Positions 31,914-42,205 of a DNA stretch of 64,000 bases are shown here, piece after piece. This DNA is from a bacterium (lineage in GTDB: Bacteria; UBA8248; JACPRG01; G963555815), in contig CBDHDG010000004.1 in NCBI GenBank assembly GCA_965261595.1, positions 871,197-935,196 on the forward strand, written 5' to 3'. A program made the position numbers and the translations under genes. The notes below the pieces were generated by a model. It made no database searches. It had not been told where the DNA came from and saw only the letters and a program-made list of their open reading frames with translations. The first letter of the stretch is position 1. The number at the start of each line of letters is the position of its first letter.

Positions 31914-32822
31914 GTGTTCATCGTGGAATTACTGCGCAGCCTGTTGCCCGACTGGGCGGTCGAATGGCCGAAGAGTCTGAACCTGCCGCTCAACAGTTGG
32001 ACCAACGATTTCGTGCGATGGCTGGTCACGGAGTACGGCATCGTCTTCGAGGCCGTTTCCAATTCCATCCTCGTGCTGTTGGTCGGCCTCGAGCATTTCC
32101 TGCGCGACCTGCCCTGGACCGTCGTGTTGCTGGGCGTGGTCGCGCTCACCTATCTTTCCAGCGGCCGCAAGCGGGGCGTGACCGCGCTCGTGGGCGGCTC
32201 TCTGTTGTTGATGGGCGTCGTCGACCCCAAGCTCTGGGACTACGCGATGATGACCCTCTCGGTGATGCTGGTCTCGACCCTGATCTGCATCGTCGTCGGC
32301 ATCCCGGTCGGCATCGTCCTATCCCACGGCGACCGTCTCCGGCACATCGTGCTGCCCGTGCTCGATCTGATGCAGACCATGCCGAGCTTCGTCTATCTCA
32401 TTCCGGCGATCATGCTCTTCGGCCTCGGGGCGGTACCGGCCGTGTTCGCCACCGTGATCTACGCGATTCCGCCGGTCATCCGCTTGACCGACCTCGGCAT
32501 CCGCCTCGTCGACAAGGAGGTGGCCGAGGCTTCGGACTCCATGGGCGCAAGCCGCATGCAGAAGCTGCTCGGCGTGCAGATACCGATGGCGCTCCCCAAC
32601 ATCATGCAGGGTCTCAACCAGACGACGATGATGGCGCTGGCGATGGTCGTGATCGCCTCGATGATAGGGACCCGCGGGCTCGGCAACGAGGTGTTGATCG
32701 GCTTGCAGCAACTCAATGTCGGACGTGCGCTCGAAGCGGGCGTGGCGATTGTGCTGCTCGCCATCGTCATGGACCGGTCGACCCAGGCCTACGGCAGGCG
32801 GCTCATCAAGGCCGCCGGATGA
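31914..32822 (+). CDS. proW: Glycine betaine/proline ABC transporter permease
   Basis: LDLMQTMPSFVYLIP, PPVIRLTDLGIR and GLNQTTMMALAMVVIASMIG. Confidence 0.92.
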   Translation: MFIVELLRSLLPDWAVEWPKSLNLPLNSWTNDFVRWLVTEYGIVFEAVSNSILVLLVGLEHFLRDLPWTVVLLGVVALTYLSSGRKRGVTALVGGSLLLMGVVDPKLWDYAMMTLSVMLVSTLICIVVGIPVGIVLSHGDRLRHIVLPVLDLMQTMPSFVYLIPAIMLFGLGAVPAVFATVIYAIPPVIRLTDLGIRLVDKEVAEASDSMGASRMQKLLGVQIPMALPNIMQGLNQTTMMALAMVVIASMIGTRGLGNEVLIGLQQLNVGRALEAGVAIVLLAIVMDRSTQAYGRRLIKAAG

Positions 32823-32832
32823 GAGCAGGACG

Positions 32833-33885
32833 ATGGCGCTGATCGATCTCCGGAACGTCTACAAGGTTTTCGGGGAGTCCCCGGAAACCGCGATGGACAT
32901 GGCCAGAGACGGAGCCGACAAGAGAGAAGTGCTGACCGAGACCGGATGCACGCTCGCCCTGCGAGACGTCAACCTCTCCGTCGAGCGCGGCGAAACCTTT
33001 GTGGTGATGGGCCTTTCCGGCTGCGGCAAATCCACCTTGCTCCGTCATATCAACCGGCTGATCGACCCGACCGAGGGTCAGGTGGTGGTCGACGGACAGG
33101 ACGTGATCCAACTCGCCCGGAAAGAACTGGTCGCGTTCCGCCGCAAGACCGCGAGCATGGTCTTTCAGCATTTCGCGCTCTTCCCCCACAAGACGGTGAC
33201 GGAGAACACGGCATACGGCCTCGAAGTCCAGGGGGTGGCGCGGGAGGAGCGCATCGAGCGCGCGGGGCGATGGATCGAGAACGTCGGGCTCACGGGCTAC
33301 GAGGATGCGTACCCACACCAGCTCTCGGGCGGCATGCAGCAACGGGTGGGCCTGGCGCGGGCGCTCTGCATGGACCCCGAAATCCTGCTCATGGACGAGC
33401 CCTTCAGCGCCCTCGATCCGCTCATCCGCAATCAGATGCAGGACCAGTTGATCGCGCTCGAGCGCGAACTTCACAAGACCATCGTATTCATCACCCACGA
33501 CCTGGACGAGGCACTCAAGATGGGCGACCACGTCGCCATCCTGAAGGACGGCATTGTGGAACAGGTGGGCGGCCCGGAGGAGATCCTGCTGAATCCGGCC
33601 ACAGACTATGTGCGCGAGTTCGTGAAGGACGTGAACCACAGCCGCGTGGTGACGGCGGGTACGATCATGACGCCGCCGAACGGCGCGGCGGGCGGGCCGC
33701 CCGTCACGCGCGCCACGGTCATCCGGGACCTGCTGCCGAAGTGCCTGGAGAGCGAGACACCGCTGCGGGTGATCGAAGACGACGGCTCCGTGGTCGGCGC
33801 CGTCTCGCGCGAGACCGTCCTGCGCGCTCTCGCCATGCAGCCCGAACCGGCTCTCCTCAGTGACCCCCGTCTGGTTCAACCATGA
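32833..33885 (+). CDS. proV: Glycine betaine/proline ABC transporter ATP-binding protein
   Basis: NVYKVFG, MGLSGCGKST, LSGGMQQRVGLARAL, LLMDEPFSALDPLIR and FITHDLDEA. Confidence 0.93.
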   Translation: MALIDLRNVYKVFGESPETAMDMARDGADKREVLTETGCTLALRDVNLSVERGETFVVMGLSGCGKSTLLRHINRLIDPTEGQVVVDGQDVIQLARKELVAFRRKTASMVFQHFALFPHKTVTENTAYGLEVQGVAREERIERAGRWIENVGLTGYEDAYPHQLSGGMQQRVGLARALCMDPEILLMDEPFSALDPLIRNQMQDQLIALERELHKTIVFITHDLDEALKMGDHVAILKDGIVEQVGGPEEILLNPATDYVREFVKDVNHSRVVTAGTIMTPPNGAAGGPPVTRATVIRDLLPKCLESETPLRVIEDDGSVVGAVSRETVLRALAMQPEPALLSDPRLVQP

Positions 33886-34040
33886 CGGCAAGTTCACCCA
33901 TGTGAACCCTGCGCGAGGGACTCGCAAGGACCGAAACATGAGACGGGACCCTCGGACGGCCCTCTCTATTTTGGGTCCCGACGACGACTTTCGATATCTA
34001 GAGAGCCGGGCCCGCGTCGTGAAAATCCGCGAGAAACCGG
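33860..34040 (+). pseudogene. Fragment of a PPOX-class (F420/pyridoxamine-oxidase-like) protein
   Basis: TPVWF...VNPARGTRKDRNMRRDPRTALSI...FRYLE matches the PPOX pattern. The N-terminus is missing and overlaps the end of proV. Confidence 0.6.
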
Positions 34041-34256
34041 ACGGGTTCAAAAACACACGGGATACGACAACTACAGCGGATCCGGCGAGATTCGGGTCAT
34101 GTAAGAAATCGCGCCGGAGCGAGCGGCTGACCCGCCTCCCTCGTTGAGCCCGAGATGAAATGATACAATGGGGCTTGCGCTTGACCGGGAGCGCGCCCGC
34201 GTGCCCGCACGATACATATTGGATACCACAGGCATCGGATCGTTATGTAGCAGAAT

Positions 34257-36455
34257 ATGGCGCCCAAAGAACCGCTCAAGATACCCACCCTGCCCTTTGA
34301 AAACCTTCTACTGCCTGATTCCTTTCAGGAACTGGACGATCTGGCTTTCAACCTCCTATGGATTTGGACGGCCAAGACCAGGGCCCTTTTCCGCCGCGTC
34401 GAATGGCGCAACTTGAAACCGAAACGCCAAAACCCCGTCGAACAAATCCTCGGCCACGACTGGCACGAATGGGAACCCCTGATCGCGGACCCGGCCTTCG
34501 AGGAGAGCTATCAAGAAGCTCTCCAAGGGCTGCATCAATACATGAGCGGCCTTGAAGCCTCCTGGTTTCACAGGCGCTACGGAGACCCGGATACCGGACC
34601 CATCGCCTACTTTTCGATGGAGTACGGCCTTCACGACTGTCTCCAGCTTTACAGCGGCGGCCTCGGTGTCCTGTCCGGCGACCATTTAAAGGCCGCGAGC
34701 GACCTTGGAATCCCTCTCGTCGCCGTCGGCCTGCTCTATACACGCGGGTATTTCTACCAAGAGATCGGTCTGGAGGGGAGGCAACAGCACATCTATCCGA
34801 ATTATGATTTCTCGCGCCTCCCGATTCGCACGGTCAAGGCCCCGGGCGGCCCGCTCCTGGTTCCGGTCGAGTTCCCCGGCCGGACCGTTCACGCAAAGGT
34901 CTGGAAAGTTCAGGTGGGACGCGTGCCTCTACTCCTCCTCGACACCGACATCCGCGAAAACGATCCCGCCGATCGGTCCATCACCGGCCAGCTTTATGTC
35001 GCGGGACGGGAAATGCGGCTCTGCCAGGAAATCGTCCTGGGCATCGGCGGCGTCCGGGCCCTCCGGGCCCTTGGGATCAAGCCCTCGGCCTGGCATCTCA
35101 ACGAGGGGCACTCTGCCCTCCTCTGCCTGGAAAGGATCCGGGAGTTCGTGGACGAAGGCCGAAGCCGGGAGGAAGCCGCTGAAGAGGTGAGGGCCACCAC
35201 CGCCTTTACCACCCACACGCCCGTTCCCGCCGGACAGGAACAATTCGACCGGGATCTGATGGAATGCCATCTCGCGCCTTTTACCGCGGGAACCGATTTG
35301 GACAGCGCGGAGCTTCTGGCATTGGGCTCGCCCGTTCCGGAGCAAAAGGACATCTCTTCCTTCAGCCTGACCGCCCTCGCCCTCCGCCTCTCGGCCTACG
35401 CCAACGGCGTCAGCGCGCTCCACGGAGAGGTCAGCCGAAGCATGTTCGGCTCCATACGCGATGAGACCCCCGAGGCCACGCCACCCATCGCCCATATCAC
35501 CAACGGGATACACGCGCCCACCTGGATCGGCCGGGACATCCGGCGGCTGCTGGACTCCCCGGACGGGGGCGATTGGACCGAGCTCTTTCACGACGGTGCC
35601 CGCGGCTGGGAGCGAGCCGTTGAACAACTCCCCGACGAGGATCTCTGGACGGCCCACCAAAGCCAGAAGGACCGGCTCTTCCGGGTCGTTCGCCAGCAGG
35701 TCAGCGACCAGATGGCGCGTCACGGCGCCGGGCCGGACGAGTTACGGGCCACCCGGGAAATGTTTTCGCAGGAAATCTTCACGATCGGATTCGCGCGGCG
35801 GTTCGCCACGTACAAACGGGCCGAACTTCTGTTCAGCGATCCGGACCGACTGCACGCGCTCGTCAACGACGAAGACCGTCCCGTCCAGATCCTCTACTCG
35901 GGCAAGTCGCACCCGGCCGACGGGCCGGGGCAGGAAACCCTCCGCAGTGTTTATCAATTTTCGAAGGACCCTTCCTTCTCCGGCCGGATCGCGGTGTTGG
36001 AGAACTACACCATGCGGCTTGGCCGCCTCCTCGTCGGGGGCGTCGACCTCTGGCTGAACACCCCACGGCGTCCCCATGAAGCTTCGGGGACCAGCGGGAT
36101 GAAAGCGGCCCTGAACGGCGTCATCCATTGCAGCGTTCTGGACGGCTGGTGGGATGAGGGGTATGACGGGGAAACCGGATGGGCCGTCGGAGACGGGGAG
36201 GAGTTCGCTTCGGAGGAAGAGCAGGACCGGCACGATGCCGACTCCCTTTACGATCTCCTCGAAAACTCCATTCTCCCCCTTTACTATGAGCGTAACGAAC
36301 AAGGCCTCCCCCGGGGCTGGCTGGAGATGATGAAAACCTCGATGGCCAGACTGGCGGTACGGTTCAGCGCAGACCGGATGGTCCGGGATTATACCGAGCA
36401 GGCATATGTCCCCCTCGCCGGCGTCCCCCCGCAAGAGAGAAACCAAGCGTCTTGA
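34257..36455 (+). CDS. glgP: Alpha-glucan (glycogen) phosphorylase
   Basis: YFSMEYG, YSGGLGVLSGDHLKAASDL, HLNEGH, FTTHTPV, FARRFATYKR and the PLP site EASGTSGMKA. Confidence 0.95.
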   Translation: MAPKEPLKIPTLPFENLLLPDSFQELDDLAFNLLWIWTAKTRALFRRVEWRNLKPKRQNPVEQILGHDWHEWEPLIADPAFEESYQEALQGLHQYMSGLEASWFHRRYGDPDTGPIAYFSMEYGLHDCLQLYSGGLGVLSGDHLKAASDLGIPLVAVGLLYTRGYFYQEIGLEGRQQHIYPNYDFSRLPIRTVKAPGGPLLVPVEFPGRTVHAKVWKVQVGRVPLLLLDTDIRENDPADRSITGQLYVAGREMRLCQEIVLGIGGVRALRALGIKPSAWHLNEGHSALLCLERIREFVDEGRSREEAAEEVRATTAFTTHTPVPAGQEQFDRDLMECHLAPFTAGTDLDSAELLALGSPVPEQKDISSFSLTALALRLSAYANGVSALHGEVSRSMFGSIRDETPEATPPIAHITNGIHAPTWIGRDIRRLLDSPDGGDWTELFHDGARGWERAVEQLPDEDLWTAHQSQKDRLFRVVRQQVSDQMARHGAGPDELRATREMFSQEIFTIGFARRFATYKRAELLFSDPDRLHALVNDEDRPVQILYSGKSHPADGPGQETLRSVYQFSKDPSFSGRIAVLENYTMRLGRLLVGGVDLWLNTPRRPHEASGTSGMKAALNGVIHCSVLDGWWDEGYDGETGWAVGDGEEFASEEEQDRHDADSLYDLLENSILPLYYERNEQGLPRGWLEMMKTSMARLAVRFSADRMVRDYTEQAYVPLAGVPPQERNQAS

Positions 36456-36699
36456 ATGGAAGGCGCCGCACATCGGCCTGAGACAGCCGGTTCCCCCCAT
36501 ATCGGCTTTCCCCGAACATGATGAATGAAGGTCATGACAACTCCGTTTCGTCCACTGGAATTTATCTTTTCTTTATAGTTTGTAACATGCCACAGAAACC
36601 GGAGATTGCCAAGTGGCGAGGAGTGAATTGAGTCTGCGAGGGTTCCGTGTTCTGAAAACTCATGCGTTGGGTGTGACAAGTCAAAACTCCGAATGGAGC

Positions 36700-36915
36700 C
36701 CGATGGGCGCTTCGTTCCCTCGATGCCAAGGCTGACGTCCGGACCGAGCCGCCAGCGCATGTCCGTCCGCCTGGTCCGCCAGCCCGCCTCGGACAATGCG
36801 AGGCCCCCGTACGGGGTCACCACCCCGACGTCCCACGGACCGCCCAGGCCGTAACCGAGCAGGCCCCACGCCGACACGCGTTCGCTCAGGTTCACCGTCA
36901 GGTTGGACGTGGCGG
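36700..36915 (-). pseudogene. Remnant of an autotransporter-like outer-membrane beta domain
   Basis: SERVSAWGLLGYGLG...TPYGGLALS...RWRLGPDVSLGIEG resembles internally deleted beta-barrel C-terminal segments. Confidence 0.45.
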
Positions 36916-37216
36916 GTAGCCGCCCGTCCGTACCAGCAACCGCTGCACCGACTTCGTGGAGCATCCGATGGCTGATACGATCTCCGCGTGTGTCTGACCG
37001 GCTCTGATCCGTTCTCTGATCTCGAGGCGATCACTACTGCTTAGCCTTCCATGCTCCTCCCGTGGCCGCATCACCACCCCCTGGCAATGAGTTGATCATT
37101 ACCAAGATGGTGCGTCGACCCCTTGAGACCGCCGGGGCAAATCCAGGAGGCGCTTCTGAATTGGTGCGCATCGGCGCCGTTTCCCTTCACTCGTTTCGAT
37201 CCTGCCTCGCCTGTAC

Positions 37217-38331
37217 TAGTACCTTGTAACAGAGACTTTGCTAGTGGTGATTCGCCGTGAGCCATCAGTATAGCTCCACTTGATGGGTTTGGGTTTCTTG
37301 TTGCACTGTCGAATATAGCGTATCAGTTTTCGAGCCAAATCAGGAACCGAAGTGAAGACGCCGCGGGCAATGACGTCGCGTTGGATTTTTGAGAACCAGA
37401 TTTCGACCTGATTCAACCAAGAGGAATAAGTTGGGGTGAAATGCAAATGCACGCGCGGGTGAGCGTCAAGAAACTGTCGCACGCGGCGGCTCTTATGAGC
37501 CGACAGATTGTCTGCGATGATGTGAATTTCACGCCGCTTGGGTTGTCTGGCCACGATGCCAGAAAGCAAAGCCACAAAGGCCTCGCTGGTGTGCCTCGCT
37601 GCGGTCTTGCCGATGACCTCGCCGGTCTTTGTATTCAGGGCCGCATACAGCGAGAGCGTTCCGTGCCGGTAATACTCGAAACCGTGACGCTTGGCGCGAC
37701 CCGGAGAAAGCGGCAACACGGGATCGAATCGGTCCAAGGCCTGAATGGCGGTTTTTTCATCCACACAGAAAACGGCGGCGTGTTGCGGCGGGTTGACATA
37801 GAGGCCAATGATATCGGCCGCCTTCTTCTCAAAGTCTGGATCATTCGATGCCATGTAACGTTGAATGCGGTGGGGTTGCAGACCCGCACGTTTCCAAACC
37901 CGGGCCACCATCATGTGGTTGGTGCCCAACTGCCGCGCCAGCTTGCGACTACTCCAGTGCGTCGCTCCGTCCGGTGGTCGGCGCCTGGTCCAGTCCAGAA
38001 TCCGAGCCTCCAGCCGGGGGGTGCGCTTGTGAACCGCTCGACCGCAATGTCTGGAATACAAGCCGGCCAGTCCCTCTTGTTGGAACCGGGTCTTCCATCG
38101 GCTCACATACCGGGCATCGCAGCCCACGGCGCGCTGGATCCTCAAATAGGACTCCCCGGCATCGAGCATCAGAATGACTTGGGCTCGTCGGACGTCTTCG
38201 GACCGCAGCACGCGCGAACGGGATCGCCGTTGCAGTTCTTCTCTTTCATCGGAAGTCAGCTGAATGGGGGTGTTTGGCATGCATGATACTGTACTAAACA
38301 TTACTGGCTATTTCATTGTTACAGTCCACTA
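37217..38331 (-). mobile_element. IS630-family element; transposase 37216-38280
   Basis: CTAG at both ends (TA duplication). Inverted repeats TAGTACCTTGTAACA and TGTTACAGTCCACTA. Motifs CVDEKT, YYRHGT, IADNLSAHK and TPTYSSWLNQVE; the stop codon is formed at the target site. Confidence 0.93.
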
Positions 38332-38744
38332 GCCCGAAGAAGAAGCTCGGCGCAGGCATCGGCGATCAAGGGCCGCTTGGTCGGTTTCTGACGCGCGGTT
38401 CCAAGAGCCATGATTTCATCGATGAGCTGCGTCCGGCTCCAGGAGAGATTGTCATCGACAAACCGGGCAAGAGCGCTTTTTTTGGGACGGAGCTCGAACT
38501 CATTCTGAGGAACCGCGGTATGACACATCTTGTCGTCACAGGGGTCTCCACGTTCGTATGCGTTCACACCACCCTACAAGACGCGTACGACCGGGGGTTT
38601 GACAACCTCATCCTGGAGGACTGCTGCGCCTCCTCTATCGCCGAGCTTCACGACGCCGCCATAAAGATGGTCAAGGCCCACGGAGGGGTGTTTGGCCACG
38701 TGTCCAACTCCGGTGAATTCTTAAGGGCCTGGCAGGCTTTTTGA
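38332..38744 (+). pseudogene. Isochorismatase/cysteine hydrolase (biuret-hydrolase-like), N-terminally truncated
   Basis: GAGIGDQGPLGRFLTRG, IDKPGKSAF, TGVSTFVCVHTT and DRGF...EDCC. The N-terminal half is not found on the other side of IS630. Confidence 0.8.
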
Positions 38745-39465
38745 CGGCAACGGCTCGCCGAGAAGAGGAATGAAGTGTTCGAGAGGGTATGTACCTCTCT
38801 TGGGTGTATCTCATTAACCTTATCCGAAGGGAGAAGGGGGGCTAGTACGATGCGAAGAGTAATGGTTGTCGGGATCGGGCTGACGCTGTTCTTGCTGTGT
38901 TCGGTGACAGGGGCACTGACCGCCGACAAGGTCAGTTTCGCAATGAACTGGGTGTTCACAGGCGAGCACTCAGCGTATTTCCTGGCGGAGAAAAAAGGGT
39001 ACTACAGGGCAGAGGGGATTGATGCCACAATCCTTCCCGGCGCTGGGTCGGGCGATACGGTCCGGCGGGTCAAACTGGGGGCGGTGACGTTTGGCCACGC
39101 GGATAGCTCGGCCGCCGTCGTGGGCCGGGCCAGGGGAGCGACTGTGAAGATCATCGGCATGGTGATGGCCAAGTCCCCTCTTGTCATTTTCTCCCTGAAA
39201 AAGACGGGGATCCGAACGCCCGCCGACCTGGCCGGGAAACAAATCGGGGGGGCAAAGTGGGATGGCGGCCGTATCATTTTTCCGGCATTTGCCAAGATCA
39301 ACGGACTCGACCCAGAGGCTGTGATTTGGGTCTCGACGACCCCGGCGGCCAAGGCGGCCTCCCTTCTCGCGGGCAAACTGGACGCCATCACGAACTTTAC
39401 GATCGACGGAATCCCTTTGAGTGCAAGTGCGAAAGCCGTGGGGCGCGAAATAGCGGAGATACAAT

Positions 39466-39634
39466 GCCGGATCTGGTCCGCAAGATCGAGCAAGGGAAAC
39501 GCGGTTCGGTCGATTGCACCTCCTGTAACATTTGCAGCGACCACTCCGGCCTGCACGGGCTGCAATGCTGGAGGAAAACCAACAAAGACTTGCTCGCTCA
39601 CGCGTGGTATCGATTCACGGGACAACTGCACTGA
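39466..39634 (+). pseudogene. 3' tail of an NADH:flavin oxidoreductase-like gene (captured fragment)
   Basis: PDLVRKIEQG...CTSCNIC, resembling the PDL...CxxCNxC C-terminus of Old-Yellow-Enzyme-type oxidoreductases. Confidence 0.55.
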
Positions 39635-39705
39635 GACGCACGGACGGAACCTCATTTTTTACAATGCGGTCCGGCGCCATTCCGGCTTTATTGAATGGAA
39701 ATGCG

Positions 39706-42045
39706 CTAGGCGGTTTTTTGCAGGGCCGCGAGAACGCGATCGGGCGAGAACGGGATGTCTTGAAGCCGGACCCCGACGGCGTCGCGGATGGCGTTGGCCA
39801 CGGCCGCGGCCGTCGGGACCAGCGCCGGCTCGCCGATCCCCTTGGCGCCGAAAGGCCCCGTCGGGTCCGGGTCTTCCACAAGGAGAGAATGAACCTCCGG
39901 CATGTCCAGCGTGGATAGGATCTTGTAGTCGAGCAGCGTCGGATTGGTCACCGCTCCATTTTCAAACACCATCTCTTCCGATAACACCCACCCGACGCCG
40001 ATGGACACCCCCCCTTCGATCTGTCCTTCACACCCCACGGGGCTGATGGCCCGCCCGATGTCATGGGCGGAATGGATGCTGATCACCTCCACGCCGCCGG
40101 TTTCGGTGTCCACTTCCACCTGGGCGATTTGCGTCCCGTAGATCAATGCGGGTCTCGATGTGAAATGCCATCCCTCGACCCGCAAGTCTTCAGGCGGATC
40201 GTATTCGGGAGGATCGAAGTGAGTCCCCTTTCCAAGGATCACGCCGCCATCCACGTAATGTCCGTACGTGACCACGGCGTCGTAGCCAGCCCGGCGGCCG
40301 GGCGCGCTCTTGACGTAGACCTCGCCGTCCTCCATCTCGAGATCCTTCGGATCGGCCTCCAGCATCGCGCCGGCGATATCCAGAAACTGTTCTCGGACCT
40401 CGGCCGCCGCGCGCACGATGGCGTTGCCGGTGTTGTACGTCGTCCGGCTCGCGTCGGTCGACCAATCGTAAGGCGCGGTGAGCGTGTCTGAAAGGACAAT
40501 CGAAATCCTCTCGATGGGAACGCCGAGCGCCTCGGCGGCCATCTGGGCAAAGATGGTCCTTTGGCCGGCGCCGATCTCGGTCCCCCCCGCCATGACGGTC
40601 AGGCCGCCGCCGGATTCCATCTTGACGATGGCGCTCGACGCGTAAATAGCGCTCCCGTGCTCCATCGAGGCCACGCCGATTCCGGTCTTCTTCCTTGGAT
40701 CGCGAGGCTTCCGTGCGGGCTTCTTCCGGTTCTCCCAATCCCAGCCCACCGCCGCCGCCGCCCGGCGGAGCGTCTCCTGGTACGCGGCGTGGGGCGTGGT
40801 CTGGCCGGTCAGAAGACGCCCCCCCGTTGTCATGCCGTTCTTCATCCGCAGCTCAATGGGATCGATGCCGATCTCCGCGGCCAAATCATCCAACTGGGAC
40901 TCGCCGGCGAAGTGGACCTGCGGGCCCCCGTATCCCCGGTACCCTCCGAAGGGGACCTTGTTGGTATAGACGAGACTCCCATCCACACGGACATGGGGGA
41001 CATGGTAAGGGCCCTGCGCGCGGGAGGCGGCGGTGCCGACCACACCGGGACCCTGATGGGCATAGGCGCCGGAATCGGCGATGAACCTGATCTCCCTGGC
41101 GGTGATCCGGCCGTCCGTCATGACGCCGGTCTTGTATTTCAGCCGGAAAGGGTGCCTGGGATGTCCCGAGATGAACTCCTCCTCGCGGGTGAGGACAATC
41201 TTCACGGGACGGCCCGTCATCCGGGCGAGAAGGACCGCGTGAGGCTCGACTCGAACGCTCAGCTTCCCCCCGAATCCTCCCCCGATGAACGGCGCGATGA
41301 CCCGGATCCGGCTCGGATGAATCGCCAACGTGTCCGACAACCCCTGTCGAGTCTCGGCAACCGTCTGTGTGCTTGTCCAGGCGGTGACTTTTCCTTTCAC
41401 GTCCACCTGGGCCACAACGGCGTGGGGCTCCATGTAACATTGGTGGTGGGCCGAGGTCCCGAATTCCTGTTCCAGAACGTGGTCGGCTTCTTCAAAGCCT
41501 TTCTCCGGGTTTCCCTTGAGCACTTTGACCCGGTAGGCGACGTTGCCGTAGCGGATGGGCTTGAAATGCGGAACGTGCTTATAACACTCCAAGTCCTCAT
41601 GGACCAGCGGGGCATCGGGCTTCAGGGCCTCCAGGGGATCGAAGACAGGGGGCAGCTCCTCATAGTCCGCTTCAATCAGCTCGACGGCTTCCGCCGCCGC
41701 GTCCTCATCGGCCGCCGCCACCGCCGCGATGGGCTCGCCCACATAACGAACCTTCTTCTGGGCCAAAATGGGATAGTCGAGAACGACGGGGCCGAAGCCG
41801 AGGAGATTGCCGTCCCCGTCTTTCGGGCAGTCCTTCGCCGTGAGGACCGCTTTGACGCCCCGGACTTTCAGGGCCCTGGACACATCCACATTCAGGATCC
41901 GGGCGTGAGGCAGCCTGCCGCGGAAGTATTTTCCGTGCAACATGTTCGGCAGGCTCATGTCGGTGACGAAGGCGCCCGTGCCGGTTGCCTTCTCGGCCCC
42001 GTCTTCACGAGGCAGGTTCCGGCCGATCCATCGATGTTCTTTCAC
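39706..42045 (-). CDS. Xanthine dehydrogenase/aldehyde oxidase family molybdopterin-binding large subunit
   Basis: IGRNLPREDGAEKATG, KVRYVGEP, YMEPH, IGGGFGGK, YRGYG, GQIEGG and GPFGAKGIGE. Probable GTG start at 42045. Confidence 0.93.
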   Translation of the reverse strand: MKEHRWIGRNLPREDGAEKATGTGAFVTDMSLPNMLHGKYFRGRLPHARILNVDVSRALKVRGVKAVLTAKDCPKDGDGNLLGFGPVVLDYPILAQKKVRYVGEPIAAVAAADEDAAAEAVELIEADYEELPPVFDPLEALKPDAPLVHEDLECYKHVPHFKPIRYGNVAYRVKVLKGNPEKGFEEADHVLEQEFGTSAHHQCYMEPHAVVAQVDVKGKVTAWTSTQTVAETRQGLSDTLAIHPSRIRVIAPFIGGGFGGKLSVRVEPHAVLLARMTGRPVKIVLTREEEFISGHPRHPFRLKYKTGVMTDGRITAREIRFIADSGAYAHQGPGVVGTAASRAQGPYHVPHVRVDGSLVYTNKVPFGGYRGYGGPQVHFAGESQLDDLAAEIGIDPIELRMKNGMTTGGRLLTGQTTPHAAYQETLRRAAAAVGWDWENRKKPARKPRDPRKKTGIGVASMEHGSAIYASSAIVKMESGGGLTVMAGGTEIGAGQRTIFAQMAAEALGVPIERISIVLSDTLTAPYDWSTDASRTTYNTGNAIVRAAAEVREQFLDIAGAMLEADPKDLEMEDGEVYVKSAPGRRAGYDAVVTYGHYVDGGVILGKGTHFDPPEYDPPEDLRVEGWHFTSRPALIYGTQIAQVEVDTETGGVEVISIHSAHDIGRAISPVGCEGQIEGGVSIGVGWVLSEEMVFENGAVTNPTLLDYKILSTLDMPEVHSLLVEDPDPTGPFGAKGIGEPALVPTAAAVANAIRDAVGVRLQDIPFSPDRVLAALQKTA

Positions 42046-42205
42046 CGCTCCCGCTTTCCTCTCACCCTTCCCGTTTGAAACGAACCGTCTCAGGGCCGCA
42101 TGAGGCTCAGATTTTGAATCATCAACCCACAAAAGACCCGACCCATGTCTCTGCGCCGCACTTCCACTCTATCCCCGAGAGGTTCCCGACGCAAAGGGTT
42201 AAAAG

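Noticed and set aside
38775..40046. 423-aa ORF read as a novel SBP fusion
   Set aside because: It is the SBP N-terminal half reading through into the inserted transposition unit.
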